A stretch of DNA of 59,281 bases, counting the filler. It is 5 parts of 5 records of this genome, joined end to end, with 100 filler letters (N's around TTAATTAATTAA, not from the genome) between each part and the next. Parts side by side here need not be neighbours in the genome. Positions count along the whole stretch, not along the records: positions 1 to 19,969 come from SRR31156797_3176; positions 20,070 to 27,144 come from SRR31156797_3189; positions 27,245 to 39,263 come from SRR31156797_3197; 2 more parts are not named here. One strand, 5' to 3'. The notes below the pieces were generated by a model. That model was not told where the DNA came from, ran no database searches, and saw only the letters and a list, made by a program, of their open reading frames with translations. This document shows, piece by piece, positions 19,354 to 29,386 of the stretch. Within the stretch, counting starts at the first letter, position 1. Each line of letters starts with the position of its first letter. The translations under genes were made by a program, and so were the position numbers.

Positions 19354-19969
19354 ATGAAAATATGGATGACAATCCTGATCTTATTGGTCCAGGTAGCCGC
19401 TGGGGTATCCGCCTTTGGGGGGGAGCTGACGTTTAAAAACGGAAAAGCGTATAAGCAAGGCAGCAGCACGGCCTATTCCGGAAAATGTACCGCCAAATAT
19501 GAAAACGGGGATATCCGGTTAAAAGGCCGGTATGAAAACGGTCTCAAACAAGGGGAGTGGATCACTTATTATGAAAATGGGACCATACAGGATCAGGAGT
19601 TTTTCAGCAAAGGAAAAGAGACCGGAACCCACCGTTCCTATTATCAAAGCGGCCGCCTCTACTCTGCAACTGAATTTCAAGGCGGAGAATACCATGGCAA
19701 ATCCCTTATCTATTATGAAAACGGGAACGTCAAAGAAGAAAAATATTATGACAAAACCCGCAACATCGGCAGATGGCTCTGGTATCACCGGAACGGGCTT
19801 TTGAAAAAGATTCGCCACCATGAGGATTTTGAACGGGACGGACAATATATCCTCTATTATCCCAGCGGGCTTCCGGCGGAACAGGGCATCTATGCAAAGG
19901 GGATGAAAGATCAGGCATGGATCTCCTATTATCCCGACGGCACCCCTGAAAAAAAAGAAGTGTATGAAA
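19354..19969 (+). CDS. Secreted MORN-variant repeat protein (YwqK antitoxin-like), 3' truncated
   Basis: Signal peptide; repeated YYENG/YYQSG/YHRNG/YYPSG units; runs into the linker. Confidence 0.8.
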
Positions 19970-20069
19970 NNNNNNNNNNNNNNNNNNNNNNNNNNNNNNN
20001 NNNNNNNNNNNNNTTAATTAATTAANNNNNNNNNNNNNNNNNNNNNNNNNNNNNNNNNNNNNNNNNNNN
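19970..20069. other. Artificial contig linker
   Basis: 44 N + TTAATTAATTAA + 44 N. Confidence 0.98.
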
Positions 20070-20122
20070 TGGTGGATTTTAAAATTTCCATGACCCTAAA
20101 ACAAATGAAAGGATGATATCGA

Positions 20123-21589
20123 ATGCCAGATCGTTTATATAAAAATTACGTTAACGGCAGGTTTTTGGATAACAAAACCGGCGAACGGTTTCCCGTGGTC
20201 AATCCTGCCACAGGAGAAGAGATTTATCAGGTGGAAATGGCGGACGAATATGTGCTTAATGCCGCTGTTGAGAGTGCAAAAAAAGGGTTTCAAATTTGGT
20301 CGGCCATGGATTCCGTACAGCGCAGCCGGATTCTCATGAAAGCCGTATCCATTCTACGGGAAAAAAATGATGAACTGGCCCGGGTTGAAGTTTTGGATAC
20401 TGGAAAACCTCTGCAGGAGGCTGCCGAGGTGGATGTGGTCACCGGGGCGGAGGTTATTGAATTTTTTGCAGGTATCGCACCGGGTATCCAAGGCTGCCAG
20501 CAGGACCTTGGCCGGGATTTTTATTATACCCGCCGGGAGCCCTTAGGGGTGTGTGCCGGTATTGGCGCCTGGAATTATCCCATCCAAATTGCCTGCTGGA
20601 AATCCGGACCTGCCCTTGCCTGCGGCAACAGCATGATTTTTAAACCCTCGGAAGAGACGCCCAGAGGCGCGCTGGAACTGGCACAGATATACACCGAGGC
20701 CGGTATGCCGGACGGAGTGTTCAACGTTGTCCAGGGGGCTGCGGGCGTGGGACAGTGGCTCACTGGGTGCCCGGGTATTGAAAAGGTTTCCTTTACCGGC
20801 GAGGTGGGTACAGGAAAAAAGGTGATGACCAGTGCGGCCACAACCCTTAAAGATGTGACCATGGAGCTTGGGGGCAAATCCCCGTTAATCGTATTTGAGG
20901 ATGCCAACATAGACGATGCGGTCAGTGCGGCCATGTTAGGCAATTTCTACACCCAGGGAGAGATCTGCACCAATTGCACCCGGGTCTTTGTACATGAAAA
21001 AATAAAACCCTTGTTTTTGGAAAAACTTTTGTCACGGATCCGGGCCAACATTAAAATGGGCGACCCCATGGACCTTTCAACCAATTTTGGCGCCCTGATA
21101 TCCAAGGACCACCGGGACAAGGTGCTTGCCTTTATTGAATCTGCCCGGCAACAGGGTGCAACCCAGTTGTGCGGAGACACCCTGCCCGATCTGCCCGGGC
21201 ATGTCCGCAACGGTTATTTTGTCCCCCCCGTGGTATTTTCCGACTGTACCGATGATATGACCATTGTCAAAGAAGAGATCTTCGGCCCGGTGATGGCGGT
21301 GCTTGGGTTTGACAACGAAGAGACGGTGATTCAACGGGCCAATACCACACAATTTGGTCTGGCAGCCGGGGTATTTACCAAAGATATTCAGCGGGCCCAC
21401 CGGGTGATCCACCAGCTTGCCGCAGGCATCTGCTGGATCAATGCCTATGGCAACTCTCCGGCACAGATGCCTGTGGGCGGATACAAACACTCGGGCATTG
21501 GCCGGGAAAACGGCACTGAAACCATCCGTCATTACACCCAGGTCAAGTCCGTGTACATGGGCATGGGGCCCATCGAATCCCCTTTTTAA
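20123..21589 (+). CDS. betB: Betaine aldehyde dehydrogenase
   Basis: [44 protein letters not shown]; next to betA. Confidence 0.92.
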   Translation: MPDRLYKNYVNGRFLDNKTGERFPVVNPATGEEIYQVEMADEYVLNAAVESAKKGFQIWSAMDSVQRSRILMKAVSILREKNDELARVEVLDTGKPLQEAAEVDVVTGAEVIEFFAGIAPGIQGCQQDLGRDFYYTRREPLGVCAGIGAWNYPIQIACWKSGPALACGNSMIFKPSEETPRGALELAQIYTEAGMPDGVFNVVQGAAGVGQWLTGCPGIEKVSFTGEVGTGKKVMTSAATTLKDVTMELGGKSPLIVFEDANIDDAVSAAMLGNFYTQGEICTNCTRVFVHEKIKPLFLEKLLSRIRANIKMGDPMDLSTNFGALISKDHRDKVLAFIESARQQGATQLCGDTLPDLPGHVRNGYFVPPVVFSDCTDDMTIVKEEIFGPVMAVLGFDNEETVIQRANTTQFGLAAGVFTKDIQRAHRVIHQLAAGICWINAYGNSPAQMPVGGYKHSGIGRENGTETIRHYTQVKSVYMGMGPIESPF

Positions 21590-21728
21590 CTTTTTCCCAC
21601 ACAGTTTATTAATATTACGGCTGTGGTGCATATATAATGCGCCGCAGCCTTTTTTTCCAGACCAACTCACCCACGCATCCGTCTGACTTAAGCTGTTTTT
21701 TGCCCACACACACAGGTTAAAAAAGGGC

Positions 21729-21773
21729 TTGACTTGATCTTACCACATCTATACTCTCATTAAGGTCGAACCA
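21729..21773 (+). promoter_or_regulatory. Sigma70-like promoter overlapped by FadR-type operator-like sites
   Basis: TTGACT (21729) with TATACT/TACTCT (21750-21757); TGATCTTACCA (21735-21745) and AGGTCGAACCA (21763-21773) resemble TGGT-N3-ACCA. Confidence 0.55.
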
Positions 21774-21907
21774 AAAGAAACAAAGACAACAGCAAACACA
21801 TCAACGCAAACAATAAGAAATAAAGAGTATTTCATTTAAACATATTTATATATGTCACCTTACCAAACAAAAACAACACACAAAACCACCCTAATGGTAG
21901 GACATTA

Positions 21908-22693
21908 ATGAATACAAGTCATCGTATCAATTTTCAACCGGTCACAGGTACCAATAAATCCGAAGCCATCCGGCTCCAGATTGAGGCGACTATTCTGGAC
22001 AATGTTTTCCTGCCCGGAGACCGGCTTCCCAGTGAGCGAGAACTGCAGGATGCGTTTAAAACCAGCAGAGGATCAGTGCGGGAAGCATTGGGGGCGTTGA
22101 AACAAAAAGGGCTTTTAGATGCCAAAAAAGGGGCTAAAGGCGGTTACTACATCCGAGAAATGGACATCAATGACACCATTGACCAGCTGGCTGTGATGAT
22201 CAAACACCAGCAGATGCCCCTGGCAAAACTGCTGGAGTTCCAATATGCCATGGACCAGGCGGTTCTGGCCGCAGCCGTGACCAACGGCAAAGCGTCTGAT
22301 ATTGACCACTTGGACGCACTGGCCGATGAACTGGTCTCATTGTGTCAAACCCCGAACCCAGATTATGAGCAGATCTCCGCACTTGACAAGAACCTGAATC
22401 TGCTCATGGTGAAAATGACGGAAAATCCTTTTTTTAAATGGATGATGCGATCTGTTCAGCTCACCTTCCGATCCTATGAGTTTGTTGTATACCAGACACC
22501 ATCGATACGTAACGCCATTGCCCTGAACTGGAAAAATGTAGCCCTTGCCGTCAGGGAGCGGGATTTTCAAAGGGCCACCAGGCTTTACGGCCACTGGTAT
22601 GTGTTACTGGAGCAATGTCTTGGCAAGCAGTTCGGCGATACGGTGTTCCAGCAAAAAGCGACACAGCCCTGTACATCCGATTCCCAGAATTAA
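21908..22693 (+). CDS. GntR family (FadR subfamily) transcriptional regulator
   Basis: PGDRLPSERELQDAFKTSRGSVREAL...GAKGG wHTH plus FCD-like C-terminal domain. Confidence 0.92.
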   Translation: MNTSHRINFQPVTGTNKSEAIRLQIEATILDNVFLPGDRLPSERELQDAFKTSRGSVREALGALKQKGLLDAKKGAKGGYYIREMDINDTIDQLAVMIKHQQMPLAKLLEFQYAMDQAVLAAAVTNGKASDIDHLDALADELVSLCQTPNPDYEQISALDKNLNLLMVKMTENPFFKWMMRSVQLTFRSYEFVVYQTPSIRNAIALNWKNVALAVRERDFQRATRLYGHWYVLLEQCLGKQFGDTVFQQKATQPCTSDSQN

Positions 22694-22759
22694 GATTTAA
22701 CTTGATCATCGAGTTTAAGAACGCAGCTTGCATTCAGCAACACAAGGAGCAGTTAATTT

Positions 22760-24433
22760 ATGACAAAAAAACAATATGATTATATTATCATCGGAGGCGG
22801 ATCAGCCGGTTGTGCCCTGGCCAACAGATTGAGCGCGTCTCCTGACAACCGGGTGCTGGTGTTGGATGCCGGACGTCCCGACTATATATGGGATCTGTTT
22901 ATCCACATGCCCGCAGGACTCACCGTTCCCCTAGGCAACAAATGGTACGACTGGTGCTATGAGTCCGACCCGGAACCCTTTATGAACAACCGGCGGATTT
23001 TCCATGGCCGTGGAAAGGTGCTTGGCGGCTCCAGCTCTATCAACGGCATGATTTATATCCGGGGCAATGCCCTGGATTACCAGCGGTGGTCAAAGGATGA
23101 AGGCATGGAGAACTGGGACTATGCCCATTGCCTGCCCTATTTCAAACGGCTGGAAGACAGGATCGCCAGACCGGACAGATACCACGGCAAACAGGGACCG
23201 CTGAATCTGGAAATCGGTCCGTGCACCAATCCTTTATTCCAGGCATTTTTCAAGTCAGTTCAGGAGGCCGGCTTTCCATTGACCAGCGACGTGAACGGAT
23301 TTTGCCAGGAAGGGTTTGCCCCCTTTGACCGGAACATCAAGCAAGGAAAGCGCTGGAGTGCGGCCCGGGCCTACTACCACCCGGTCAAGCACCGCAAAAA
23401 TTTAAAATTGATCATGCGTGCCATGGCCACCCGTATTCTGTTCAAGGGTAAACGCGCCGAAGGCGTAACCTTTTCACGGGGGAAAAATCGAAGCGAAACC
23501 GCATACGCACGTCATATCATTTGCTGCGGCGGGGCCATTAACACGCCCCAGCTGTTTCAGCTTTCCGGCCTTGCAGACGCAGACCTGCTCAAGGAGTTTA
23601 ACATCCCCGTGGTTCAGGACCTGCCCGGCGTGGGCCAAAATCTTCAGGACCATTTGGAAGTGTACGTTCAGTATGGGTGCAAAAAGCCCGTATCAATGGC
23701 CCCGGCACTGAAATGGTACAACAAGCCCCGGATTGGCTACCAGTGGCTTTTCCACAAAAAAGGGGCCGCAGCCTCCAACCATTTCGAAGCCGGCGGCTTT
23801 ATCCGCAGCAACGAGACAGTAGCCTACCCCAATATCCAATTTCATTTTCTGCCTGTGGCAATCCGGTACGACGGTTCATCTCCCAGCACGGACCATGGAT
23901 ATCAGGTTCACATCGGTCCCATGTACTCTGATTCCAAAGGCGAGATCAAAATCAAATCAAAGGATCCGTTCCGGCACCCATCCATGCGGTTCAACTACCT
24001 GTCAACACAACAGGACCGCAAAGAGTGGGTGGAGGCCGTAAGGGCCGCCCGGCAAATCATGAGCCAACCGGCGTTTGATACTTTTAATAAAGGAGAATTG
24101 TCCCCGGGATCTTCGGTTCAGACCGATGAACAGATTCTTGACTGGGTGGCCGCCGACGGCGAAACCGCGCTCCATCCCTCGTGCACCTGTAAGATGGGCA
24201 AAGACAAGATGTCTGTGGTTGACCCGGATACCATGCAGGTTCACGGCACCGAAGGCCTTTATGCCGTAGATGCCTCCGTCATGCCCTATATCACCAATGG
24301 CAACATCTATTCACCGGTCATGATGATCGCTGAAAAAGCCGCGGACCTGATTCTTGGCAACACGTTGCTGCAGCCGGAATTTGCCGACTATTACAAACAC
24401 GGCACCGGTGCGGTAAACGCCGCAAAAAAATAG
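22760..24433 (+). CDS. betA: Choline dehydrogenase (GMC oxidoreductase)
   Basis: [52 protein letters not shown]...NGN. Confidence 0.95.
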   Translation: MTKKQYDYIIIGGGSAGCALANRLSASPDNRVLVLDAGRPDYIWDLFIHMPAGLTVPLGNKWYDWCYESDPEPFMNNRRIFHGRGKVLGGSSSINGMIYIRGNALDYQRWSKDEGMENWDYAHCLPYFKRLEDRIARPDRYHGKQGPLNLEIGPCTNPLFQAFFKSVQEAGFPLTSDVNGFCQEGFAPFDRNIKQGKRWSAARAYYHPVKHRKNLKLIMRAMATRILFKGKRAEGVTFSRGKNRSETAYARHIICCGGAINTPQLFQLSGLADADLLKEFNIPVVQDLPGVGQNLQDHLEVYVQYGCKKPVSMAPALKWYNKPRIGYQWLFHKKGAAASNHFEAGGFIRSNETVAYPNIQFHFLPVAIRYDGSSPSTDHGYQVHIGPMYSDSKGEIKIKSKDPFRHPSMRFNYLSTQQDRKEWVEAVRAARQIMSQPAFDTFNKGELSPGSSVQTDEQILDWVAADGETALHPSCTCKMGKDKMSVVDPDTMQVHGTEGLYAVDASVMPYITNGNIYSPVMMIAEKAADLILGNTLLQPEFADYYKHGTGAVNAAKK

Positions 24434-24481
24434 CTACCATGGGCCGGGCCATGGTTTTAAAACTTAATGTAAGGAGATTTT

Positions 24482-25435
24482 ATGTTACGCAAGACAAGCC
24501 GAACCATAATCACCATGTTCATCGCAGCATTTCTTACCTGGGGAACAGCCTTTGCTAAGCCGCCCAAAATAAAAATCGGCAGCGTGGGCTGGACCGGAGT
24601 GACCATTAAAACCGAGCTGGCAGTGGCCATTCTCGACAGCCTCGGATATGACGCACAGAACCTGACCATGTCAGTGCCCATAACCTACCTGGCCCTATCC
24701 AAAGGAGATGTGGATTTTTTCCTGGGCAACTGGATGCCGTCCATGGCGAACATCTCGAGCAAGTATTTTAAAAATGGCAGTGTGATCCAGTATATGGCCA
24801 ATATGCCCGGAGCCAAATACACACTGGCCGTTCCATCCTACTGTGTGGCCCAGGGGCTGAAAGATTTCAAAGATATTGCGAAGTTCGGTGACGCGCTTGA
24901 CTGGAAGATCTACGGCATTGAAGCCGGCAACGACGGCAACTTGGTCATCCAAAACATGATCGACAAAAATATGTTCGGCCTGGGTAAATTCAAGCTGATT
25001 GCCTCCAGCGAAATGGCCATGCTGGCCGGAGTTCAGTCATATGCTCAGCAAAACAAACCCATTGTGTTCCTGGGATGGGCGCCGCACAGCATGAACGAAC
25101 GTATTGACATGACCTATCTGACCGGCAGCACCCCGGAAACCTTTGGCGGAAACGACGGGACAGCCACTGTCTGGACCAACACCCGCAAAGGCTTTGACAA
25201 AGATATGCCCAATGTGGCCACTTTCCTGAAAAACTTCACCTTTCCCGTCGCCATGGTCAACCAGATTATGACCTCTATGCACGCCCAGAAAGGCCTGTCT
25301 CCCAGGGATGCCGGGCTGACCTGGCTCAAACTGCACCCTGATACCTACCGGAACTGGCTTAAAAACGTAACCACCACAGATGGTAAACCTGCGGCCCCGG
25401 TCTTTGAGGCTGCCCTTGAACGCGTTACAAAATAA
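24482..25435 (+). CDS. Choline/glycine betaine ABC transporter substrate-binding protein (OpuAC/ChoX-like)
   Basis: Signal peptide; GWT, FLGNWMPS, IYGIEAGNDGN, VFLGWAPHSMN. Confidence 0.9.
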   Translation: MLRKTSRTIITMFIAAFLTWGTAFAKPPKIKIGSVGWTGVTIKTELAVAILDSLGYDAQNLTMSVPITYLALSKGDVDFFLGNWMPSMANISSKYFKNGSVIQYMANMPGAKYTLAVPSYCVAQGLKDFKDIAKFGDALDWKIYGIEAGNDGNLVIQNMIDKNMFGLGKFKLIASSEMAMLAGVQSYAQQNKPIVFLGWAPHSMNERIDMTYLTGSTPETFGGNDGTATVWTNTRKGFDKDMPNVATFLKNFTFPVAMVNQIMTSMHAQKGLSPRDAGLTWLKLHPDTYRNWLKNVTTTDGKPAAPVFEAALERVTK

Positions 25436-25453
25436 GCTTGGTTTGTGTTTTTT

Positions 25454-25498
25454 ACCACGAAGATCACGAAGGACTGGCCCCTTCGTGATCTTCATGGT
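25454..25498. repeat. REP-like palindrome / bidirectional terminator between convergent genes
   Basis: ACCACGAAGATCACGAAG (25454-25471) pairs with CTTCGTGATCTTCATGGT (25481-25498), one mismatch. Confidence 0.7.
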
Positions 25499-25537
25499 GA
25501 TTTAAAAAATCAAAAAAATAAGTTTCATCCTGTCTTA

Positions 25538-26794
25538 TTATTCTTTGCCGGGCAATGCTTGACATACCAGTTCCAGAAGGTGGGCCACCCTGACAGGAAT
25601 ATCTTGGCGATTAAGGCTGTCCTGGAGCTGAATCATGCATCCCGGACAAGCCGTTGCCACAAGTTTAGCCCCGCTTTGGGCAACATGACTCGCCTTTTGG
25701 TCTCCGATCTTTTGACTGGTTTCGTAATGGTGTACGGAGAAGGTCCCGCCCAGACCGCAGCAGGTTGCCGCATCGACCATTTCAAGATAGTCGACCTGGG
25801 GCAATGCGGAAAGCAGCTGCCTGGGGGCCCGGGTCAGGCCATGATTTCGCAGGTGGCAGGGATCGTGGTAGGTTACTTTAATCCGCTCCTTTGATCTGGG
25901 CAAAGATGCCAATCGTCCGGCCAGGTCCATATCCATCACAAAACCCATGACGTCCCGGGTCTTTTCGGCAAAGGGCTGGTAGTCGGCCCCCAGCGTGGGG
26001 TAAATCCCGGCCAGGGCACCGTGGCAGGAAGCACAGGCCGTGAGCACATAGTCAAAGGCGTGGAGCGTCAGGGCGTTTAAATTTCTTTGGGCAAGGGTTT
26101 CCACCGCATCTCCCGCACCGGCGGACAAGGCGGGAAGCCCGCAGCAGCCCTGTTCATCAATGAGGGTCACATGCACCCCCATGAAGTTGAGGATACGAAC
26201 CAGGCATTCTCCGATTTCAGGGTACAGGTAATTGATACCGCAGCCGGTGAAAAAAAGCACCCTGGGACTTGCTGAAGGAGAAACCGTCTGTCGGATATCC
26301 CGCTCCAAAAAGGGTTTGAATGACGGCTTGGGAAAGGTGCGTTCCCGGGGGATGCCCGGCACAGGAAACCGCAGTCTTAAGCCACTTGTGTCAGGAATCT
26401 GCCGGCACAGAAGCCGGGAAGTCAAATTACCTGTTTTACTCATCCAGTCCAAGGCCGTTTTATGCGTCAACAAGGCGGCCACGCCTTTACCAAATCCGGA
26501 CAGCCCCTTTTGCTGGGCCACTTCCCTGCGGGCCGCCGCCACGATCTTTGCAGTGGGTACCTGATTCGGGCATAGATTGGTGCAACTGCCGCACAGCAGG
26601 CACTGGGACAGATCATGGACCAGCCTGTCTTCGGCAAAAAGTTGCCCGTCCATCATGGCTTGGGCCAGTGTAATTTTCCCCCGGGCCACACCGCCTTCCA
26701 GGCTCTCTGCCTTGAACACCGGGCATGTGGCCCGGCAGGCACCGCACTTGACACAGGCCTGGCACCACTGCCGGTATTGTTCCAGAACTTTCAT
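25538..26794 (-). CDS. Fe-S oxidoreductase subunit, GlcF-like (two 4Fe-4S motifs and two CCG domains)
   Basis: CVKCGACRATCP, CLLCGSCTNLCP, GCCG, YHDPCHL, TCCGLGG. Confidence 0.9.
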   Translation of the reverse strand: MKVLEQYRQWCQACVKCGACRATCPVFKAESLEGGVARGKITLAQAMMDGQLFAEDRLVHDLSQCLLCGSCTNLCPNQVPTAKIVAAARREVAQQKGLSGFGKGVAALLTHKTALDWMSKTGNLTSRLLCRQIPDTSGLRLRFPVPGIPRERTFPKPSFKPFLERDIRQTVSPSASPRVLFFTGCGINYLYPEIGECLVRILNFMGVHVTLIDEQGCCGLPALSAGAGDAVETLAQRNLNALTLHAFDYVLTACASCHGALAGIYPTLGADYQPFAEKTRDVMGFVMDMDLAGRLASLPRSKERIKVTYHDPCHLRNHGLTRAPRQLLSALPQVDYLEMVDAATCCGLGGTFSVHHYETSQKIGDQKASHVAQSGAKLVATACPGCMIQLQDSLNRQDIPVRVAHLLELVCQALPGKE

Positions 26795-27144
26795 TTCATC
26801 TCCCCGGAAAGCGGGGAGTCATCGTCTGGAAAAATCTTACCCGGATTTAGAATGTTGTGCGGATCCAACGCTTTTTTAAGCGTTTTCATGTAAAGGATGG
26901 ACTGGCTTGACAGCTCCAGGGAAAGGTAGGGGGCCTTCATAATACCAACGCCGTGTTCTCCGCTCATGGTTCCGCCCAACTCCAGTGTAGCCCGGAACAA
27001 TGCCTCAATGGCATACTCCGCATCGGCCATCTGTTTTGCATCGGCTTTATCCGCCATGATATTGACGTGGATATTTCCGTCGCCGGCATGACCGAAGTTC
27101 ACGATGGGCAGGTTATATTGGTCGGAAATCTTTTCGATCCGGCG
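26791..27144 (-). CDS. FAD-linked oxidase C-terminus, GlcD/D-lactate dehydrogenase-like (5' truncated)
   Basis: FGHAGDGNIH, SGEHGVG, KALDPHNILNPGK. Confidence 0.92.
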   Translation of the reverse strand, partial: RRIEKISDQYNLPIVNFGHAGDGNIHVNIMADKADAKQMADAEYAIEALFRATLELGGTMSGEHGVGIMKAPYLSLELSSQSILYMKTLKKALDPHNILNPGKIFPDDDSPLSGEMK

Positions 27145-27244
27145 NNNNNNNNNNNNNNNNNNNNNNNNNNNNNNNNNNNNNNNNNNNNTTAATTAATTAA
27201 NNNNNNNNNNNNNNNNNNNNNNNNNNNNNNNNNNNNNNNNNNNN
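27145..27244. other. Artificial contig linker
   Basis: 44 N + TTAATTAATTAA + 44 N; sharp GC drop across it. Confidence 0.98.
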
Positions 27245-27585
27245 AAGTTATTAACAATGTCATTTAGAATTTTTGCATTTTGTTTATTTAAGTAGTTATT
27301 GCATATCTTCTCAAGATATTCGATTTCTTGCCAATAATTTATATATTGCTTACTATGAATAATTTCTGTTTCTTTTGAAGTCTTTAAACTAAATAAATTA
27401 TTATCAACTAATATATTGAACCATTTAGCATGGTTTAGTTTATCGTTAGTTATAAGCTCTCTCCAGAAATACCTTTTTATTCCTGTTTGTGGAAAAAGCT
27501 TTAGAATTTCATTTAGTGAATTTTGTATTGGATTAGCCAGGTATTTGTCTACTTCATATACTATTTCATAAAAATTAGATTGCAT
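27245..27585 (-). CDS. Hypothetical protein coupled to the SIR2 gene (3' truncated)
   Basis: AGGAG RBS; start overlaps the SIR2 stop by 11 nt; open to the contig end. Confidence 0.7.
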
Positions 27586-28606
27586 CAGCTACTCCTTCTA
27601 AACTCGTACTAATATTTAAAATACTATCTTTATCATAGTCTTTTAATTTATTAAGATAATTTGTTTCTAAATCAGTGTGTCTATCTTTATAATATATTGG
27701 TTTTATATTTATTTCCTTAAGTTTATTAAAAAGAATAGTATTGGATTCTTCATTATATTTATCAATTTTTTTATCACCTGTATGATCATCTTTTAATTTT
27801 ATAAATGCATAATGTTCCATTTCTTCTTTTTCTTCATCATAATTTGCATTTTTTAATCTCTTTTGATCTACTTCTTCTGACATTATTACATGTTTAAAAT
27901 ATTTATAAAAATATTCATCATCAAAACTAAATCCAAAAAAGATAATATTGTTTTCTAAAATCAATGTTTCTAAAAATCTTTCAAGCCCTCTAGGACAATC
28001 TTTTTTACCTGATATAGTGGGATAAAAAAACTCATAATCTTCTCTTTTTAATAAGTATTTATTCTTATTTTTATAACCATGTAAATAAATCACACACTTA
28101 TTTGTATGCAAAACTCTAGAGTTAAAATGAGGCAAAGCTTGTTTTGATAACTCATTAGTCTCATTATTAATAAAATTTATTGTGTTATATGCTTCTTCTA
28201 TACTAGTGTCATAGTTAGTTGTAATTATAGAATGGAATAAATGAGTTATCTTTATAATAGTAGATGTTGTCATTGTTCTACTTTGTTCAAACTGCTTATT
28301 TAGAAATTCATGGTATAAATTTACATCATTAATTTTATTATATATTTTAGATGCAATATCTAAATGATTATTTAATTTTAATTCATGTTTTATTTCAAAG
28401 ATTTCATCTTCATCAAAATATGGCAGAGCCATATTAATTAAAAGATTTGTCCAAGTATCTATGCCTGTAGGATTGGATAAACCCGCCCCTATAAAAGGTA
28501 TTATAGAATTACTATCAACTTTTTTATAATATAATTCTTGAAGTTCTTTGAAATTTTTAGAAGAAATTGAAGATAGTTCTTCATTGTTTAATAGTTTATT
28601 CGACAT
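27575..28606 (-). CDS. SIR2-like (SIR2_2) NADase domain protein
   Basis: PFIGAGLS...W..L, IITTNYD, IYLHG, IIFFGFSFDD. Confidence 0.9.
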   Translation of the reverse strand: MSNKLLNNEELSSISSKNFKELQELYYKKVDSNSIIPFIGAGLSNPTGIDTWTNLLINMALPYFDEDEIFEIKHELKLNNHLDIASKIYNKINDVNLYHEFLNKQFEQSRTMTTSTIIKITHLFHSIITTNYDTSIEEAYNTINFINNETNELSKQALPHFNSRVLHTNKCVIYLHGYKNKNKYLLKREDYEFFYPTISGKKDCPRGLERFLETLILENNIIFFGFSFDDEYFYKYFKHVIMSEEVDQKRLKNANYDEEKEEMEHYAFIKLKDDHTGDKKIDKYNEESNTILFNKLKEINIKPIYYKDRHTDLETNYLNKLKDYDKDSILNISTSLEGVADAI

Positions 28607-28771
28607 TAAATCCCAAGTTTTTTATTTGATTTTACAATTTCTATTCTAAAAACTATATCAAGTATATTATAAAATATTATTTAAAAATTACTTTCTTATT
28701 TGGAAACATTCATAGCAAAACAAGAAACAAAAAGTTAATATACTTTCTTTATTTAAAACAAAAGGAAAAAA

Positions 28772-29269
28772 ATGAATTTCAAAGTATTACTACCCCTTTC
28801 ACTAGTTGCAATCTTATCTGGTTGTTCAAAAGAACTAACAACACCTCAAGGAAATATACAATTTATTGAATATCCTAATACTACAATAACTATTGGAGAT
28901 AAATTAAGTTCTATTTCTCATTTGACTTACAACTATAGTACAAAAGAAAGAAACTTTAAAATTGACTTTTATATAGATAAATTTCCATATTATAAAACTT
29001 TTAATTCTTGTCCAAATGTAGATATAAAAAATTATGAGTGTAGGTCATGGATATCTATAAATAAATATAATGGATTAAAAGGTTTTGTCTTTGCTCAAAA
29101 TATTAATGTTTTTACAGGCTATTTTATTAGTAATAAAACTAAAGAAAAATCATTAACAAATATTAAAGACCAAAGAAGTCCGACATTGCTTTTAAAAGAG
29201 TTTGATAATACAATAATTAGAGATACTTTTTTAGGAACAGAAGAGATTTCATGGAAAATCAATAACTAA
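28772..29269 (+). CDS. Lipoprotein, hypothetical
   Basis: Lipobox LSGC after hydrophobic leader; AAGGA RBS; hairpin follows at about 29281-29304. Confidence 0.75.
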   Translation: MNFKVLLPLSLVAILSGCSKELTTPQGNIQFIEYPNTTITIGDKLSSISHLTYNYSTKERNFKIDFYIDKFPYYKTFNSCPNVDIKNYECRSWISINKYNGLKGFVFAQNINVFTGYFISNKTKEKSLTNIKDQRSPTLLLKEFDNTIIRDTFLGTEEISWKINN

Positions 29270-29386
29270 ATATATTAAGAATAGAGGGCTAACACCCTAC
29301 TATTGAGATTTTCTAAACTATGTTTTCTATTATTAATTTTTGTAATATTAAATGATATATCTATATCATAATTTATTGCAATTGAT

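Noticed and set aside
20014-20025. TTAATTAATTAA repeated four times in the window
   Set aside because: Synthetic all-frame-stop linker inside N runs, not a biological repeat or CRISPR
26791-28606. Functional link between glcD/glcF and the SIR2 gene
   Set aside because: Separated by an artificial linker and very different GC content
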